Below, piece after piece: positions 10,084-20,626 of a stretch of 64,000 nt of DNA. Source of the stretch: Arcobacteraceae bacterium (GTDB lineage Bacteria > Campylobacterota > Campylobacteria > Campylobacterales > Arcobacteraceae); contig OY759974.1 in assembly GCA_963662945.1 (NCBI GenBank), positions 1,152,001 to 1,216,000 on the forward strand, in the 5' to 3' direction. Positions within the stretch are counted from its first letter, which is position 1. Every line of letters starts with the position of its first letter. The translations under genes and the position numbers were made by a program. The notes beneath the pieces were generated by a model that had not been told where the DNA came from, searched no databases, and worked only from the letters and a program-made list of their open reading frames with translations.

Positions 10084-11190
10084 ATGAATTATTATCAAAA
10101 AGAACTAGATGCTATTAAAAAGTCGAATCGATTTAGAAATCGTAATCTTTATAATCCATTATTAAAGGATCTGGCATCAAATGATTATCTGGGACTTGCT
10201 ACAAACAAACAAACATTTACAAAAGCATATAATAGAGTATTAAAAGAAAGATCAGTATCACCTAAAGCTTCTATTATTGTCAATGGTTACTCAGAGATTC
10301 ATAAAAAATTTGAAAAAAAACTTTGTAAAATAAATAGTTTTGAAGACGGTATTGTTGTAGGAAGTGGTTTTTTAGCAAATATCTCTTTAATAGAAAGTTT
10401 AGCTCGAAAAAAAGATATTATCTTTATAGATGAAGAATATCATGCAAGTGGGATTCTTGCATCGAAACTTACTCAAGGAGAAGTTGTATTTTTTAAACAC
10501 AATAATTTTAAAGATTTAGAAGAAAAAATACAATTATGCGAAAAGTACAATAGAATTCTCATCGCAATTGAAGGTGTCTATTCTATGGGAGGGGATATAG
10601 CCCCAAAAGAATTTTATGAAATTGCAAATAAATATAATGCAATTTTAATAGTTGATGAAGCTCATAGTTCAGGTGTTATTGGAGAAAACTTACTTGGTTG
10701 GTTTGATTATCATAACATTAAACCTAAAAGTAACCATATCAAAATGGGAACATTAGGGAAAGCTTATGGTAGCTATGGAGCTTATATTTTAGCTTCTAAA
10801 GAGATTGTTTCATTTTTAGAAAATAGAGCTAAACCTATTATATATAGTACTGCTCCATCACTTTTTGATATAGCATTAGGTTATGAAAACTTCAAATATA
10901 TTCTTAAAAATAAGCAAGATATAGTTGAAAAGATTTTAGAGTATCAAAAAATCGTAAAAGATACTTTAGGTATAACTACAAATTCTATGATCGTTCCTAT
11001 TATTATTGATGATAATAAAAGAGTAATAGAGATACAAAATAAACTTTTAGAATCTGGATATGTAGTAGGTGCCATACGGCAACCAACTGTAAAAAAAGCT
11101 ATCATACGACTTATAATCAAGCTAGATATTACAAAAAAAGATTTACAAAGAGTATGTTCTCTTATCAAAAATTTCTCAAATAGAAGCTAG
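10084..11190 (+). CDS. bioF: 8-amino-7-oxononanoate synthase (PLP class II)
   Basis: SNDYLGL, EGVYSM.GD, DEAHS, TLGKAYG, IRQPTV. Confidence 0.88.
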   Translation: MNYYQKELDAIKKSNRFRNRNLYNPLLKDLASNDYLGLATNKQTFTKAYNRVLKERSVSPKASIIVNGYSEIHKKFEKKLCKINSFEDGIVVGSGFLANISLIESLARKKDIIFIDEEYHASGILASKLTQGEVVFFKHNNFKDLEEKIQLCEKYNRILIAIEGVYSMGGDIAPKEFYEIANKYNAILIVDEAHSSGVIGENLLGWFDYHNIKPKSNHIKMGTLGKAYGSYGAYILASKEIVSFLENRAKPIIYSTAPSLFDIALGYENFKYILKNKQDIVEKILEYQKIVKDTLGITTNSMIVPIIIDDNKRVIEIQNKLLESGYVVGAIRQPTVKKAIIRLIIKLDITKKDLQRVCSLIKNFSNRS

Positions 11191-11219
11191 TATATTACTA
11201 ACTTCCATATTATCTTAAC

Positions 11220-11720
11220 TTAGTATACTGTTATAGTTTTTTTAATATTCAGATACTCAATTGGTTCTTTTGTTTGTTTACAGTATTTTACACCATCAAC
11301 ATACGCACAATTATTGTACCCAATAGTTTTTTGTACTGTTCTATACTCATATTTTGGCTCACATCTTGTAACTGTTTCATATGATTTACACATCTTTCCT
11401 GCTCTCATATTATTAGCTGTATATGCTCCACCAAGACCACCAACAACTTTTGCTACATCTCTACCACTTCCACCACCAATTTGATTTCCAATCGCAACAC
11501 CAATTACTGCTCCAACTAAAGTATCTACCCCAATTGAATTTGTATCAGTACTTCCACATCTTACATTTACCTCAACAGTATCTTCATAACACTGCTCACC
11601 TACTTTTACTTTTTCTGTAAATGGTTTTGTTATCACTGTAGATTCTGTTACTTTTACCATCTCTGCATTTGCAAAAGATGTTATTAAACCAGCTATTAAA
11701 ACATATTTTAAACTTTTCAT
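11220..11720 (-). CDS. Secreted glycine-zipper 2TM protein (YcfJ-like)
   Basis: Signal peptide, GAVIGVAIGNQIGGGSGR..A.VVGGLGGA, several Cys. Confidence 0.8.
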   Translation of the reverse strand: MKSLKYVLIAGLITSFANAEMVKVTESTVITKPFTEKVKVGEQCYEDTVEVNVRCGSTDTNSIGVDTLVGAVIGVAIGNQIGGGSGRDVAKVVGGLGGAYTANNMRAGKMCKSYETVTRCEPKYEYRTVQKTIGYNNCAYVDGVKYCKQTKEPIEYLNIKKTITVY

Positions 11721-11767
11721 TCTATTTCTCCATATTGTATATATATCGTGATTGTATCATTAATTAT

Positions 11768-12526
11768 TTATATTAAAAATAAAATACTCATAATAGTATC
11801 TATTCCTAATTCTTCTGGTTCTGCATGTAATAATATCAAAGTATGTTCAAAATATAACAACATTTTGGAGGTAATAACCTCAAAACTATTATTTGATGGA
11901 TCTAAAACTGATTCTTGCTTTGATTTTATATATTGTAAATCAGATAATCTAATAGTATCTATATTTTGCGAATTAAGTTTTTTTTCTAGTTCAATTTGCC
12001 AATTATTTTGCCATGTTAAAAAAAGATAGTTATTTTTACTATCTTTATTAAACTTAATTCTCCACTGTATAATTTGTAGATTTTTATACGCTTTTTGAAG
12101 TTTATCAACATCATAACTTAAAGCTGTCATCTTATACTTTGAATCCATATCATATGCTTCATAAAACATCTTATACATCCCAATAGCTAAGTAATCATTT
12201 CTATAATTGACTTGACTATTTTTATCAAAAGCATAGTTGAGATAATCTTGATAATGTTTTAATGGTATACTATTATTAATATATAAATTTATCTCATCTA
12301 TATTTTCACGAATATTCTTTTGGAGTAGATAATTAAGTTGATTGCTAAATCCTTTAGGATTTCTTTTATCTAATTTTGATTTATATTCTAAAAGTAACTC
12401 TACCATCTCTTTATAGTTATTTTTAATATGCTTTGCATTCTCTGTTTGAATGGTATTTTTAATTTTATCTTGAACATTATTACAACCTGTAAATATTAAC
12501 AATATCAATATTAACAGGTATTTCAT
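11768..12526 (-). CDS. Hypothetical lipoprotein
   Basis: Lipobox FTGC after hydrophobic signal; no recognisable domain. Confidence 0.7.
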   Translation of the reverse strand: MKYLLILILLIFTGCNNVQDKIKNTIQTENAKHIKNNYKEMVELLLEYKSKLDKRNPKGFSNQLNYLLQKNIRENIDEINLYINNSIPLKHYQDYLNYAFDKNSQVNYRNDYLAIGMYKMFYEAYDMDSKYKMTALSYDVDKLQKAYKNLQIIQWRIKFNKDSKNNYLFLTWQNNWQIELEKKLNSQNIDTIRLSDLQYIKSKQESVLDPSNNSFEVITSKMLLYFEHTLILLHAEPEELGIDTIMSILFLI

Positions 12527-12534
12527 AAATTGTA

Positions 12535-13827
12535 TTATCCTAATTCAATATCATTTTCAAAATCTGTTTCAACTCTTAACATTGTCATATAAGGTAATCT
12601 TCCTGGCAACTTTATAGGATTTGTATTACCACTATGTACAGATTCTAATTCTTTGTCATTTTGCGTAATAATTTTTTTGAAACTAATATAATATTTGCCA
12701 TCTTCTTTTTTATAAATAGAACCTATTTCATTATCTACTTCAGTTATCGTAGAATTTAATGGTGCAAATATTTCTGTCTCTTCATTTGGATATGTTTTAT
12801 ATTTACATAAAAAATGTTCTTCATCTTCTAAAACTAAACCACTTACTTCATAACTTCCCGCACTTAGAGCATAATCATGATTTTGTGTATCATTTTTTTC
12901 AAATGGCTTATGGATAAGATAAGCATCTGTAAAGCCTCTATTTTTGGTGGTATTTAACTCATCTTGATACTTTTGTGCTTCAAATTTACCATTGTAACAA
13001 TCCTTTAATGCCATTCTATAAGCATAAGCTGTTACAGCACAATAATATGGTGACTTTGTTCGACCTTCAATTTTTATACTATCCACTGCACCACTATCAA
13101 CAATCTCTTTTACATGACTTGCTAGATTCATATCTTTTGCATTAAAAATATATGTCCCAATTTCTGGTTGTTCTTCAAGTCGGAAAAGTGTCCCATGATC
13201 ATCATTTCCAGCGTATAATGTATACTCAAATCTGCAATCATTTGCACAGCTACCACGATTTGGAACTCGTCCCATTTGAACAGCACTTACTAAACAACGT
13301 CCAGAATATGCAAAACACATACTTCCATGAACAAAAACTTCAATCTCTAAATCTGGAAGCATTTTTTTTATCTCTTGTACATCTTTTAAGCTTATCTCAC
13401 GTGCAGCTATAATTCTTCTAACACCCATATCGTAGTACACTTTTGCATCAAGATAATTCATAACATTTGCTTGTGTAGAAAGATGAATTGGAATATTTGG
13501 TGCTAATTCATGACAAAGTTGTACAACCCCAGGAGTTGCAACAATAAGTGCATCTGGATTCAATGCTGCTATATTTTTAATATGAGACTTTAAAAGATCT
13601 ATTTGAGAATTAAATGGGAAACCATTTATTGTAACATAAACTTTTTTTCCTAAAGAATGAGCATAATCAATCCCTTCTTTAAAAGTTTCCATTGTAAATT
13701 CTTTTCCACTTCGTATTCGCAAACTAAAATGGCTAACTCCACCATAAACTGCATCAGCCCCATAAGCGAATGCTATTTTTAATTTTTCTAAATTACCTGC
13801 TGGAGATAATAATTCTACTTTTTTCAT
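12535..13827 (-). CDS. Peptidase U32 family protein (TrhP/YegQ-like tRNA hydroxylation)
   Basis: ELLSPAG, GADAVY, HLSTQ, HGSMC.AYSGRC, N.G.C...CR, KIEGR. Confidence 0.88.
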   Translation of the reverse strand: MKKVELLSPAGNLEKLKIAFAYGADAVYGGVSHFSLRIRSGKEFTMETFKEGIDYAHSLGKKVYVTINGFPFNSQIDLLKSHIKNIAALNPDALIVATPGVVQLCHELAPNIPIHLSTQANVMNYLDAKVYYDMGVRRIIAAREISLKDVQEIKKMLPDLEIEVFVHGSMCFAYSGRCLVSAVQMGRVPNRGSCANDCRFEYTLYAGNDDHGTLFRLEEQPEIGTYIFNAKDMNLASHVKEIVDSGAVDSIKIEGRTKSPYYCAVTAYAYRMALKDCYNGKFEAQKYQDELNTTKNRGFTDAYLIHKPFEKNDTQNHDYALSAGSYEVSGLVLEDEEHFLCKYKTYPNEETEIFAPLNSTITEVDNEIGSIYKKEDGKYYISFKKIITQNDKELESVHSGNTNPIKLPGRLPYMTMLRVETDFENDIELG

Positions 13828-13839
13828 ATATTTCTAATC

Positions 13840-14826
13840 CTATTTTAATAAAAATCTTTCTAAATTTTGCGTAATATTTGCATCCATTGGTTTGATTATA
13901 TCATTCTTCTCAAGCATAAACTGAGGTAATGGCAAATCTTTATTTACAATTCTCACACATCGTACACGTCCATCTTTAAATTCTTGAATTGACTTCTCAA
14001 TCTCACCATCTTCTGTTTTTAATACTTTTGCATATTGCCAAATATTATTTTTACCTGACTCTGTATCACTTGACCAATACAATACACCGCCAAAACCATT
14101 ATAAATCTCATCTTTATGATTTTTATATAGATTTTCAAGTTGAGCTATTGTTGGTAAGTGCCAATCCTCAAATTCACCAATCCTCAAATTTTTACAATAT
14201 TTTTGTGCTTTTTCCCAATCTATAGGAGTATTTGTAGCATCTTTTGAGTCTTCCCACATTTCATTACCGACAGTTTGTGTATACAATCTTATATCTAGTG
14301 GAATCATTATGAGTTTATATTGAAATTCATTAAAACTATTTGCATAAATATCTTTAAAAAATACACTTTCTTTATATCCATTACGAATCTTAAATTTCAT
14401 ATTTGTATCAGCATCTACTTCAAATACTCTATTTCTAGCATGAAGTGTTTTTTCAAACTTATCATTTATATATAAGTCACCATCTTCACCAACTAAAAAA
14501 ACTTTTGCTTGTGCCCTTTCAAATTTTATATATACTGTTGGGATTGTGGTTACTTTTATATTGATTGTTTTAGCTATATCATCTTTAAAAAAATTTTTAT
14601 TTGCAAAAGCATAAAGATAATAATCCTGATTGGGAACTACTTGATATTCACGAATAGGAGTTTTCCCAATATAGTCACCATTGATATAAACTTCTGTACC
14701 TACTACATTAGCAATTATATTTACATATGCAGGCTTTTGAGGGACTGTTGGTTTTGTTGTATTTGTATCTGCCCCAAATAAAAAACTACAACTTATCAAA
14801 AAAAATATTACAAATTTACCATACAT
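13840..14826 (-). CDS. Secreted PEGA-domain plus DUF1566 (Lcl/C-type-lectin-like) protein
   Basis: Signal peptide; EVYING.YIGKTP (PEGA); W..A..YC..L...DW.LPT..L, YWSS, VRCVR (DUF1566). Confidence 0.75.
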   Translation of the reverse strand: MYGKFVIFFLISCSFLFGADTNTTKPTVPQKPAYVNIIANVVGTEVYINGDYIGKTPIREYQVVPNQDYYLYAFANKNFFKDDIAKTINIKVTTIPTVYIKFERAQAKVFLVGEDGDLYINDKFEKTLHARNRVFEVDADTNMKFKIRNGYKESVFFKDIYANSFNEFQYKLIMIPLDIRLYTQTVGNEMWEDSKDATNTPIDWEKAQKYCKNLRIGEFEDWHLPTIAQLENLYKNHKDEIYNGFGGVLYWSSDTESGKNNIWQYAKVLKTEDGEIEKSIQEFKDGRVRCVRIVNKDLPLPQFMLEKNDIIKPMDANITQNLERFLLK

Positions 14827-14845
14827 ATTTTATCCCTTTTTTTTT

Positions 14846-15613
14846 CTATACAAACCATATTAATAGTATTGTACCAAAAATTATCCTATAGATACCAAAT
14901 GCCACAAAAGTAAAATTTTCTAAAAACTTTAAAAAAAGTTTTATTGTAAGGTATGCTACTATAAATGCTGTAATAAAACCAACACCCAATACTATCAAAT
15001 TTGCATCACTGAAATCTTTATAATGTTTTAACAAATCATACCCAGTTGTAGCACACATAACAGGAAAAGCCAAAAGAAAACTAAATTCTGCTGATGCACG
15101 TCTATTGAGTCCTACAAGCATTGCCCCTATTATCGTACTTCCTGCCCTACTTGTTCCAGGTATTAAAGCAAAAATCTGAGCAATACCTATCCACAAAGCT
15201 TGTTTATAACTTACTTTTTCAACATCATCCACATAATGTTCTTTTTCGGTATAAAACTTTTCCACAATTAAAAATACAATTCCACCCACTATAAACATTA
15301 TAGCAACTATTTTGATATCAAACATCGCTTTAATTTGGTGTGAAAAAATAAAACCAACTGCACCAATAGGAATAAATGCTAGCGTAAGTTTTTTCCAAAG
15401 TTCCAGTTTTTTAATACTAAATTTATCACTGTAATTTAATATAACAGCTAAAATAGCTGCAAACTGAATAATTACTTCATAAGCTTTTGTAACATGTGTT
15501 TGATCAATCCCTAAAGCTTCACTTGCAACTATTAAATGTCCTGTTGAACTAATAGGTAAAAATTCTGTAAAACCTTCAATAATTCCTAATATAATCGATT
15601 CAAAAATTCCCAA
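14846..15613 (-). CDS. uppP: Undecaprenyl-diphosphate phosphatase
   Basis: [21 protein letters not shown] motifs; TTG start. Confidence 0.95.
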   Translation of the reverse strand: MGIFESIILGIIEGFTEFLPISSTGHLIVASEALGIDQTHVTKAYEVIIQFAAILAVILNYSDKFSIKKLELWKKLTLAFIPIGAVGFIFSHQIKAMFDIKIVAIMFIVGGIVFLIVEKFYTEKEHYVDDVEKVSYKQALWIGIAQIFALIPGTSRAGSTIIGAMLVGLNRRASAEFSFLLAFPVMCATTGYDLLKHYKDFSDANLIVLGVGFITAFIVAYLTIKLFLKFLENFTFVAFGIYRIIFGTILLIWFV

Positions 15614-15614
15614 T

Positions 15615-16265
15615 TTATATACCTTTTGATAATCTTAAGAATAATTTCAAACTCTTTTTCTCTTTTTGACCTATAGAATAATTTATCTTTGTGAGATAAT
15701 TAAGTATCTGTTTTTTTGAGATACCACTTCTTTTTGAATATCTTTCTAAAATATATTGAGGTATATAGACTTTTGTTTTTAAAAAATCATTTGTCATATT
15801 TTTGAGATATTTTTCATGCTTATTCACACAAAGTCTTGCAAATACAAAAGGAAGATTATATTTTTTTTTCCATTGTGTAGCTAAATCAATAAACTGTTCA
15901 TTACTATTATGAAATTTATATAAAGCTTTATCTCCAATAACAACTTCCCCTTCTATTTTAAGTACTTTAGCTAGGGCATTTGAAGTATCCGACTGAAAAT
16001 CTTTTTTATAACTTCCTGGTATTACTAAAACTGAATCAACAATTCCATTAGCAACTATCCCTAAATCTAGACATTTTTTACATCTTCGTGAAGCTATAGA
16101 ACTTATAACTGCTGCATCCACTTTTCGTTTTTTAAATTTTTTATTGATTGAAGAGGGATAGGATTTATTATATTCAATTATTTGTTTTAATTGTGAAGAT
16201 AAGTTTTTTTTGAAAAATACGTGTAATGGTAAAAGATTAATAAAATCGATTTTTGCAAATATCAT
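15615..16265 (-). CDS. mqnA: Chorismate dehydratase (futalosine menaquinone pathway)
   Basis: [25 protein letters not shown]....LPFVFA. Confidence 0.88.
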   Translation of the reverse strand: MIFAKIDFINLLPLHVFFKKNLSSQLKQIIEYNKSYPSSINKKFKKRKVDAAVISSIASRRCKKCLDLGIVANGIVDSVLVIPGSYKKDFQSDTSNALAKVLKIEGEVVIGDKALYKFHNSNEQFIDLATQWKKKYNLPFVFARLCVNKHEKYLKNMTNDFLKTKVYIPQYILERYSKRSGISKKQILNYLTKINYSIGQKEKKSLKLFLRLSKGI

Positions 16266-16344
16266 AGCTAAATAAAATCCTTATTTTTAATAGGATATAA
16301 TATCTAACTTATGGTAAGAATATAATTATTTTAGAGGATGGATT

Positions 16345-16566
16345 ATGGTAACAATAGAATTTTTAGGACCAATAAATAAAAAACCAATACAAGTTGATAT
16401 ACAAAACCTCAATGAACTTAGTGAAATTTTAAAACAAGATGAGAGTCTAAAAAGTTGGTTAAACAATAGTGCTGTTGCCGTAAATGATACACTTGTAAAA
16501 GATAAAAATCATACTCTAAAAGATGGAGATAAAGTATCTTTACTGCCTCCTGTGTGTGGAGGATGA
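16345..16566 (+). CDS. moaD: Molybdopterin synthase sulfur-carrier subunit
   Basis: AVAVND, C-terminal PPVCGG. Confidence 0.92.
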   Translation: MVTIEFLGPINKKPIQVDIQNLNELSEILKQDESLKSWLNNSAVAVNDTLVKDKNHTLKDGDKVSLLPPVCGG

Positions 16567-16567
16567 G

Positions 16568-17011
16568 ATGGAATATCTAGAACTTTATGATGGTAGTTTA
16601 GAAGTAGAAAAGATTACAAATAAATGGTATAACGATTTTAGACTTTCAAATTTTGGTGCTATTATCACTTTTGTTGGAGTAGTTCGAGATGAAGATGGAA
16701 TTGAGGGATTAAGTTTTGATATTTATGAACCAATTTTAAATTCATGGTTTGAATCATGGCAACAAAAAGCAAAAGAAAAAAATGCGATAGTACTTATGGC
16801 ACACTCAAGAGGCGATGTTCTTAATCACACAAGCTCTTATATAGCTGCTGTTTGTAGTCCTAAAAGAAGAGTTGCTTTAGAACTTATAGATGAATTTGTA
16901 GAAGATTTTAAGGCGAGTGCTCCTATTTGGAAATATGATATTATCCAAGGGAAAAGAGTTTATGCCGAAAATAGAAGTACAGCAATTGCTGGTGCTGGAT
17001 TGTTAAGTTAA
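16568..17011 (+). CDS. moaE: Molybdopterin synthase catalytic subunit
   Basis: GAIITFVGVVR, K..APIWK; ATG at 16568 just after moaD stop. Confidence 0.92.
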   Translation: MEYLELYDGSLEVEKITNKWYNDFRLSNFGAIITFVGVVRDEDGIEGLSFDIYEPILNSWFESWQQKAKEKNAIVLMAHSRGDVLNHTSSYIAAVCSPKRRVALELIDEFVEDFKASAPIWKYDIIQGKRVYAENRSTAIAGAGLLS

Positions 17012-17017
17012 GGAACA

Positions 17018-17806
17018 ATGATGAGAGTTGATTTACATAATCATACAACTCTATGTAACCATGCAAAAGGTTCAATGGAAGAATATATTCAAAAAGCAAT
17101 TGAACTTGGCATTGATATATATGGTTTTAGTGAACATGCACCCATGAAAAACTTTGAAGATGGTTATAGACTTGTTATAGAAAAAAAAGAATTTTATGAA
17201 AAAAGTGTATTAGAACTTCAAAAAAAATATCAAGATAAAATCAAAATAACTTTAGGATATGAAGTTGATTATATGAATGGAGATTATATTCTTGATGAAA
17301 TCAAAAATGCCAATGTTGATTATCTTATTGGAAGTGTACATTATTTAGATAAATGGGGATTTGACAACCCTGAATTCATAGGTGTCTATAAAAATAAAAA
17401 TATAGATAAAATCTGGGAAGAATATTTTGAAGCAGTAGAAGCTATGGCAAAAACAAATTATTTTAATATTGTGGGACATCTTGATTTAATAAAAGTATTT
17501 AACTTTTTACCTACAAAAGATATTAAATCAATAGCACATAAAAGTTTACAACAAATAAAAAAATCAGGAATGGTTATTGAACTTAATAGTGCAGGTTATA
17601 GAAAACCAATAGGTGAACAATACCCATCTCGTGAGCTTCTTGAATTAGCTTATGAACTTAATATACCAATTACATTTAGTAGTGACGCTCATAGTATTGA
17701 ACAAATTGGTTTTAAATATAACGATGCAAAACAACTTGCAAATGAAGTTGGTTATACTACTTGTATCTATTTTGAAAAAAAAGAAAAAATAGAAATAAAA
17801 TTTTAA
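17018..17806 (+). CDS. PHP-family histidinol-phosphatase (HisJ/HisK family)
   Basis: DLHNHT, SEHAP, IGSVH, GHLDL, SDAH. Confidence 0.85.
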   Translation: MMRVDLHNHTTLCNHAKGSMEEYIQKAIELGIDIYGFSEHAPMKNFEDGYRLVIEKKEFYEKSVLELQKKYQDKIKITLGYEVDYMNGDYILDEIKNANVDYLIGSVHYLDKWGFDNPEFIGVYKNKNIDKIWEEYFEAVEAMAKTNYFNIVGHLDLIKVFNFLPTKDIKSIAHKSLQQIKKSGMVIELNSAGYRKPIGEQYPSRELLELAYELNIPITFSSDAHSIEQIGFKYNDAKQLANEVGYTTCIYFEKKEKIEIKF

Positions 17807-17944
17807 ACTTAAAATAAACTAAATTTTTACTATATAAAAATATACATTTTCCTTTAAACAAAGGGTTTTGTGTATTTATAGTTAAGCAATATCAAAGTTT
17901 TAATCCACTATAATCCCAAACTTTAAAAAATTAGGAGTAGGATA

Positions 17945-19300
17945 GTGTTTGATACTTTAACAAGTTCATTTAAGTCTGTTGTTGGAAAAATTAGATACAA
18001 AGATGATGCTAATGCTTTAAAAAAAGCTATTACTGAACTTAAGAAATCACTTTTAAAAGCAGATGTACACCATAAAACTACAAAAGAACTCCTAACTCAA
18101 GTAGAATTAGAAACAAAAGCAAATGGAATTGGGCAAGATTCCTTTTTAAAAGCTCTAAGAAACTCACTTACTACAATTCTTACAACAAATGGAAATCAAG
18201 GATTTGTATATAGTAATAAAGCGCCTTTAACAACTATTCTTATGACTGGTCTTCAAGGAAGTGGTAAAACCACTACAACGGGAAAACTAGCAAATTATCT
18301 TAAAATGAGAAACAAAAAAGTTTTAGTTGCAGCTGCCGATTTACAAAGACTTGCAGCAGTTGAACAATTAAAACAAATTGGTGCACAGATAGATGTAGAT
18401 GTTTATTTTGAAGAGGGTGAAACAAATCCAGTAAAAATTGCTCTTAACGCTAAGAAAAAAGCACAAACAGAACTTTATGATGTTCTGTTTATAGATACAG
18501 CAGGTCGTCTTGCTATCGATGAAGCTTTAATGAATGAATTAAAAGATGTTAAAGATGCGGTAGAACCTGATGAAATATTTTATGTTGCAGATTCATTAAC
18601 AGGACATGATGCTACAAAAACTGCAACTACATTTAAAGAAAAAATTGGAATCGATGGTGTAATTTTATCAAAATATGATGGTGATACAAAAGGTGGAGTG
18701 GCTATCTCTATTGCTCACCAAGTACAAGTACCGCTAAGATTTGTTGGTATTGGTGAAAAAATGCCAGATATTGAACCATTTATTCCAGATAGAATTGTTT
18801 CAAGACTTATGGGTGCTGGAGATGTTGAAGGTTTAAGTGAAAAAGCAGCGGCAGTTATCGATGAGAAAAAAGCAAAAGAAGTTACGAAAAAAATTAAAAA
18901 AGGTGAATTTAACTTTAATGACTTCTTAGAACAACTAGAGATGATGAAAAAACTGGGAAGTATGAAATCTATTTTAGGAATGATTCCAGGTATGTCTGGT
19001 ATGGCAAATCAACTTAAAGATATGGATTTAGAAAGTTCAGGAGAGATTGTAAGAATCAAAGCACTGATCTCTTCTATGACACCAAAAGAGAGAGAAACTC
19101 CTGATATTATCAATGTTTCAAGAAAAAAGAGACTCTCTCGTGGTGCTGGACTTTCTGAAGTTCAAGTAAATAAAATCTTGAAACAATTTAAAAATGCTGC
19201 AAAAATGGCAAAAAAAATGTCAGGTAAAGGTGGCATGAAAGATATGCAAAAGCTTATGTCTCAAATGGGACAAGGTGGCATACCTAACTTACCTAGATAG
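17945..19300 (+). CDS. ffh: Signal recognition particle protein
   Basis: GLQGSGKTT, DTAGR, DG..KGG, Met-rich M domain; AGGAG RBS, GTG start. Confidence 0.98.
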   Translation: MFDTLTSSFKSVVGKIRYKDDANALKKAITELKKSLLKADVHHKTTKELLTQVELETKANGIGQDSFLKALRNSLTTILTTNGNQGFVYSNKAPLTTILMTGLQGSGKTTTTGKLANYLKMRNKKVLVAAADLQRLAAVEQLKQIGAQIDVDVYFEEGETNPVKIALNAKKKAQTELYDVLFIDTAGRLAIDEALMNELKDVKDAVEPDEIFYVADSLTGHDATKTATTFKEKIGIDGVILSKYDGDTKGGVAISIAHQVQVPLRFVGIGEKMPDIEPFIPDRIVSRLMGAGDVEGLSEKAAAVIDEKKAKEVTKKIKKGEFNFNDFLEQLEMMKKLGSMKSILGMIPGMSGMANQLKDMDLESSGEIVRIKALISSMTPKERETPDIINVSRKKRLSRGAGLSEVQVNKILKQFKNAAKMAKKMSGKGGMKDMQKLMSQMGQGGIPNLPR

Positions 19301-19393
19301 AGTATTTAATACTCTGTGTTAAGTGCTAAGTATTAATATTAATATTTAGTTCTTAACACAAAAGTTAAAAAACAAAAATTAAAAGGAAAAAAA

Positions 19394-19624
19394 ATGACAG
19401 TAATTAGACTTACAAGAATGGGAAGAAACAAAAAACCATTTTACAGAATCGTTGTAACAGATAGTAGAAAAAGAAGAGATTCAGGTTGGATTGAATCAAT
19501 TGGTTACTACAACCCAGTAGCAGAGCCAAAAGTATTAAAATTTGATCAAGAAAGACTTGACTACTGGCTAAGTGTTGGTGCTCAACCATCTGAAAAAGTA
19601 GCAAAATTAACTGCTAAAAAATAA
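19394..19624 (+). CDS. rpsP: 30S ribosomal protein S16
   Basis: IRL.R.G....PFYRIVV.DSR..RD, GAQPS. Confidence 0.98.
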   Translation: MTVIRLTRMGRNKKPFYRIVVTDSRKRRDSGWIESIGYYNPVAEPKVLKFDQERLDYWLSVGAQPSEKVAKLTAKK

Positions 19625-19629
19625 TACTA

Positions 19630-19869
19630 ATGACAGCTGAATTTGTTTCTACTTACGCTAAGATGATTGTTAGCCATCCTGAGGATATTAAAGTTGAAGT
19701 AAAAGAGATTAATGAATCTTTTTTTGAAATAACAATCATTGCAAATAGTGTTGATATAGGGAAACTTATCGGAAAAAATGGAAATATGATTAATGCCATG
19801 AAAACTATTTTAAATGGTTGTAAAGCAAAAGATGGTATTTCCTATAAAATCCAAGTAATTTCTCATTAA
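19630..19869 (+). CDS. khpA: KH-domain RNA-binding protein (KhpA/YlqC)
   Basis: DIGKLIGKNG motif; between rpsP and rimM. Confidence 0.88.
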   Translation: MTAEFVSTYAKMIVSHPEDIKVEVKEINESFFEITIIANSVDIGKLIGKNGNMINAMKTILNGCKAKDGISYKIQVISH

Positions 19870-19988
19870 TAAAATAAATAATTTTATTTTTTGAGAAATT
19901 AGGGATATGTTTGTGAATCATAAGTTCACACATATTCTTATTGTGAATTAATATATTGTAAGATAATAACTAAATAAAAGGCTTATAA

Positions 19989-20516
19989 ATGGAAAAGATT
20001 TACGTAGCAAAACTTGGGAAAACAGTTGGTCTTAAAGGACAACAAAAACTTCATATAGATTCAGACTTTCCTGAACAATTCAAAAAAAATGCAAAATTTA
20101 TCACAGACAAAAATCAAGAACTTATTGTAGAATCATATAATACTGTAAACAATGTTGTAAAATTTGTAGGTATTGATACCATAGATGATGCAAAAAAGCT
20201 TACCAATAGACAACTTTTCAGCTCAATTGAGGATACTAAAGAATCTTGTAAACTTAAATCTAAAGAATTTTTTTGGTTTGATATTATGGATTGTATTATT
20301 ATAGAAGATGATAATATTTTAGGGAAAGTAATAGATATTCAAAGAATGCCTCTTTCAGATTATCTTCTCATTGAAACAACCAAAGAACTTGTAGATAATA
20401 AAAAACTTTCATCACAGTTTTTAATACCTTATATTGATGATTATATTATCAGTGTTGAGATAAATAATAAAAAAATATTTACGAAAAATAGCTATTTAAT
20501 TTTAGAAAATAGCTAG
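19989..20516 (+). CDS. rimM: 16S rRNA processing protein RimM
   Basis: VAKLGKTVGLKG, EFFWFDI, LIPY motifs; context. Confidence 0.92.
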   Translation: MEKIYVAKLGKTVGLKGQQKLHIDSDFPEQFKKNAKFITDKNQELIVESYNTVNNVVKFVGIDTIDDAKKLTNRQLFSSIEDTKESCKLKSKEFFWFDIMDCIIIEDDNILGKVIDIQRMPLSDYLLIETTKELVDNKKLSSQFLIPYIDDYIISVEINNKKIFTKNSYLILENS

Positions 20517-20626
20517 TTTTGGTACTTTTCTGATACTTTAATAAAACTAACTAAATAATTTTCTCTAAATATAATAATTTATTTGCTATAATAGGTATAA
20601 AGTAAGCTAATTAGGAACACTATAAA

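Noticed and set aside
13840-14300. DUF1566/C-type-lectin domain as a diversity-generating retroelement target
   Set aside because: No reverse transcriptase or template repeat seen in the window
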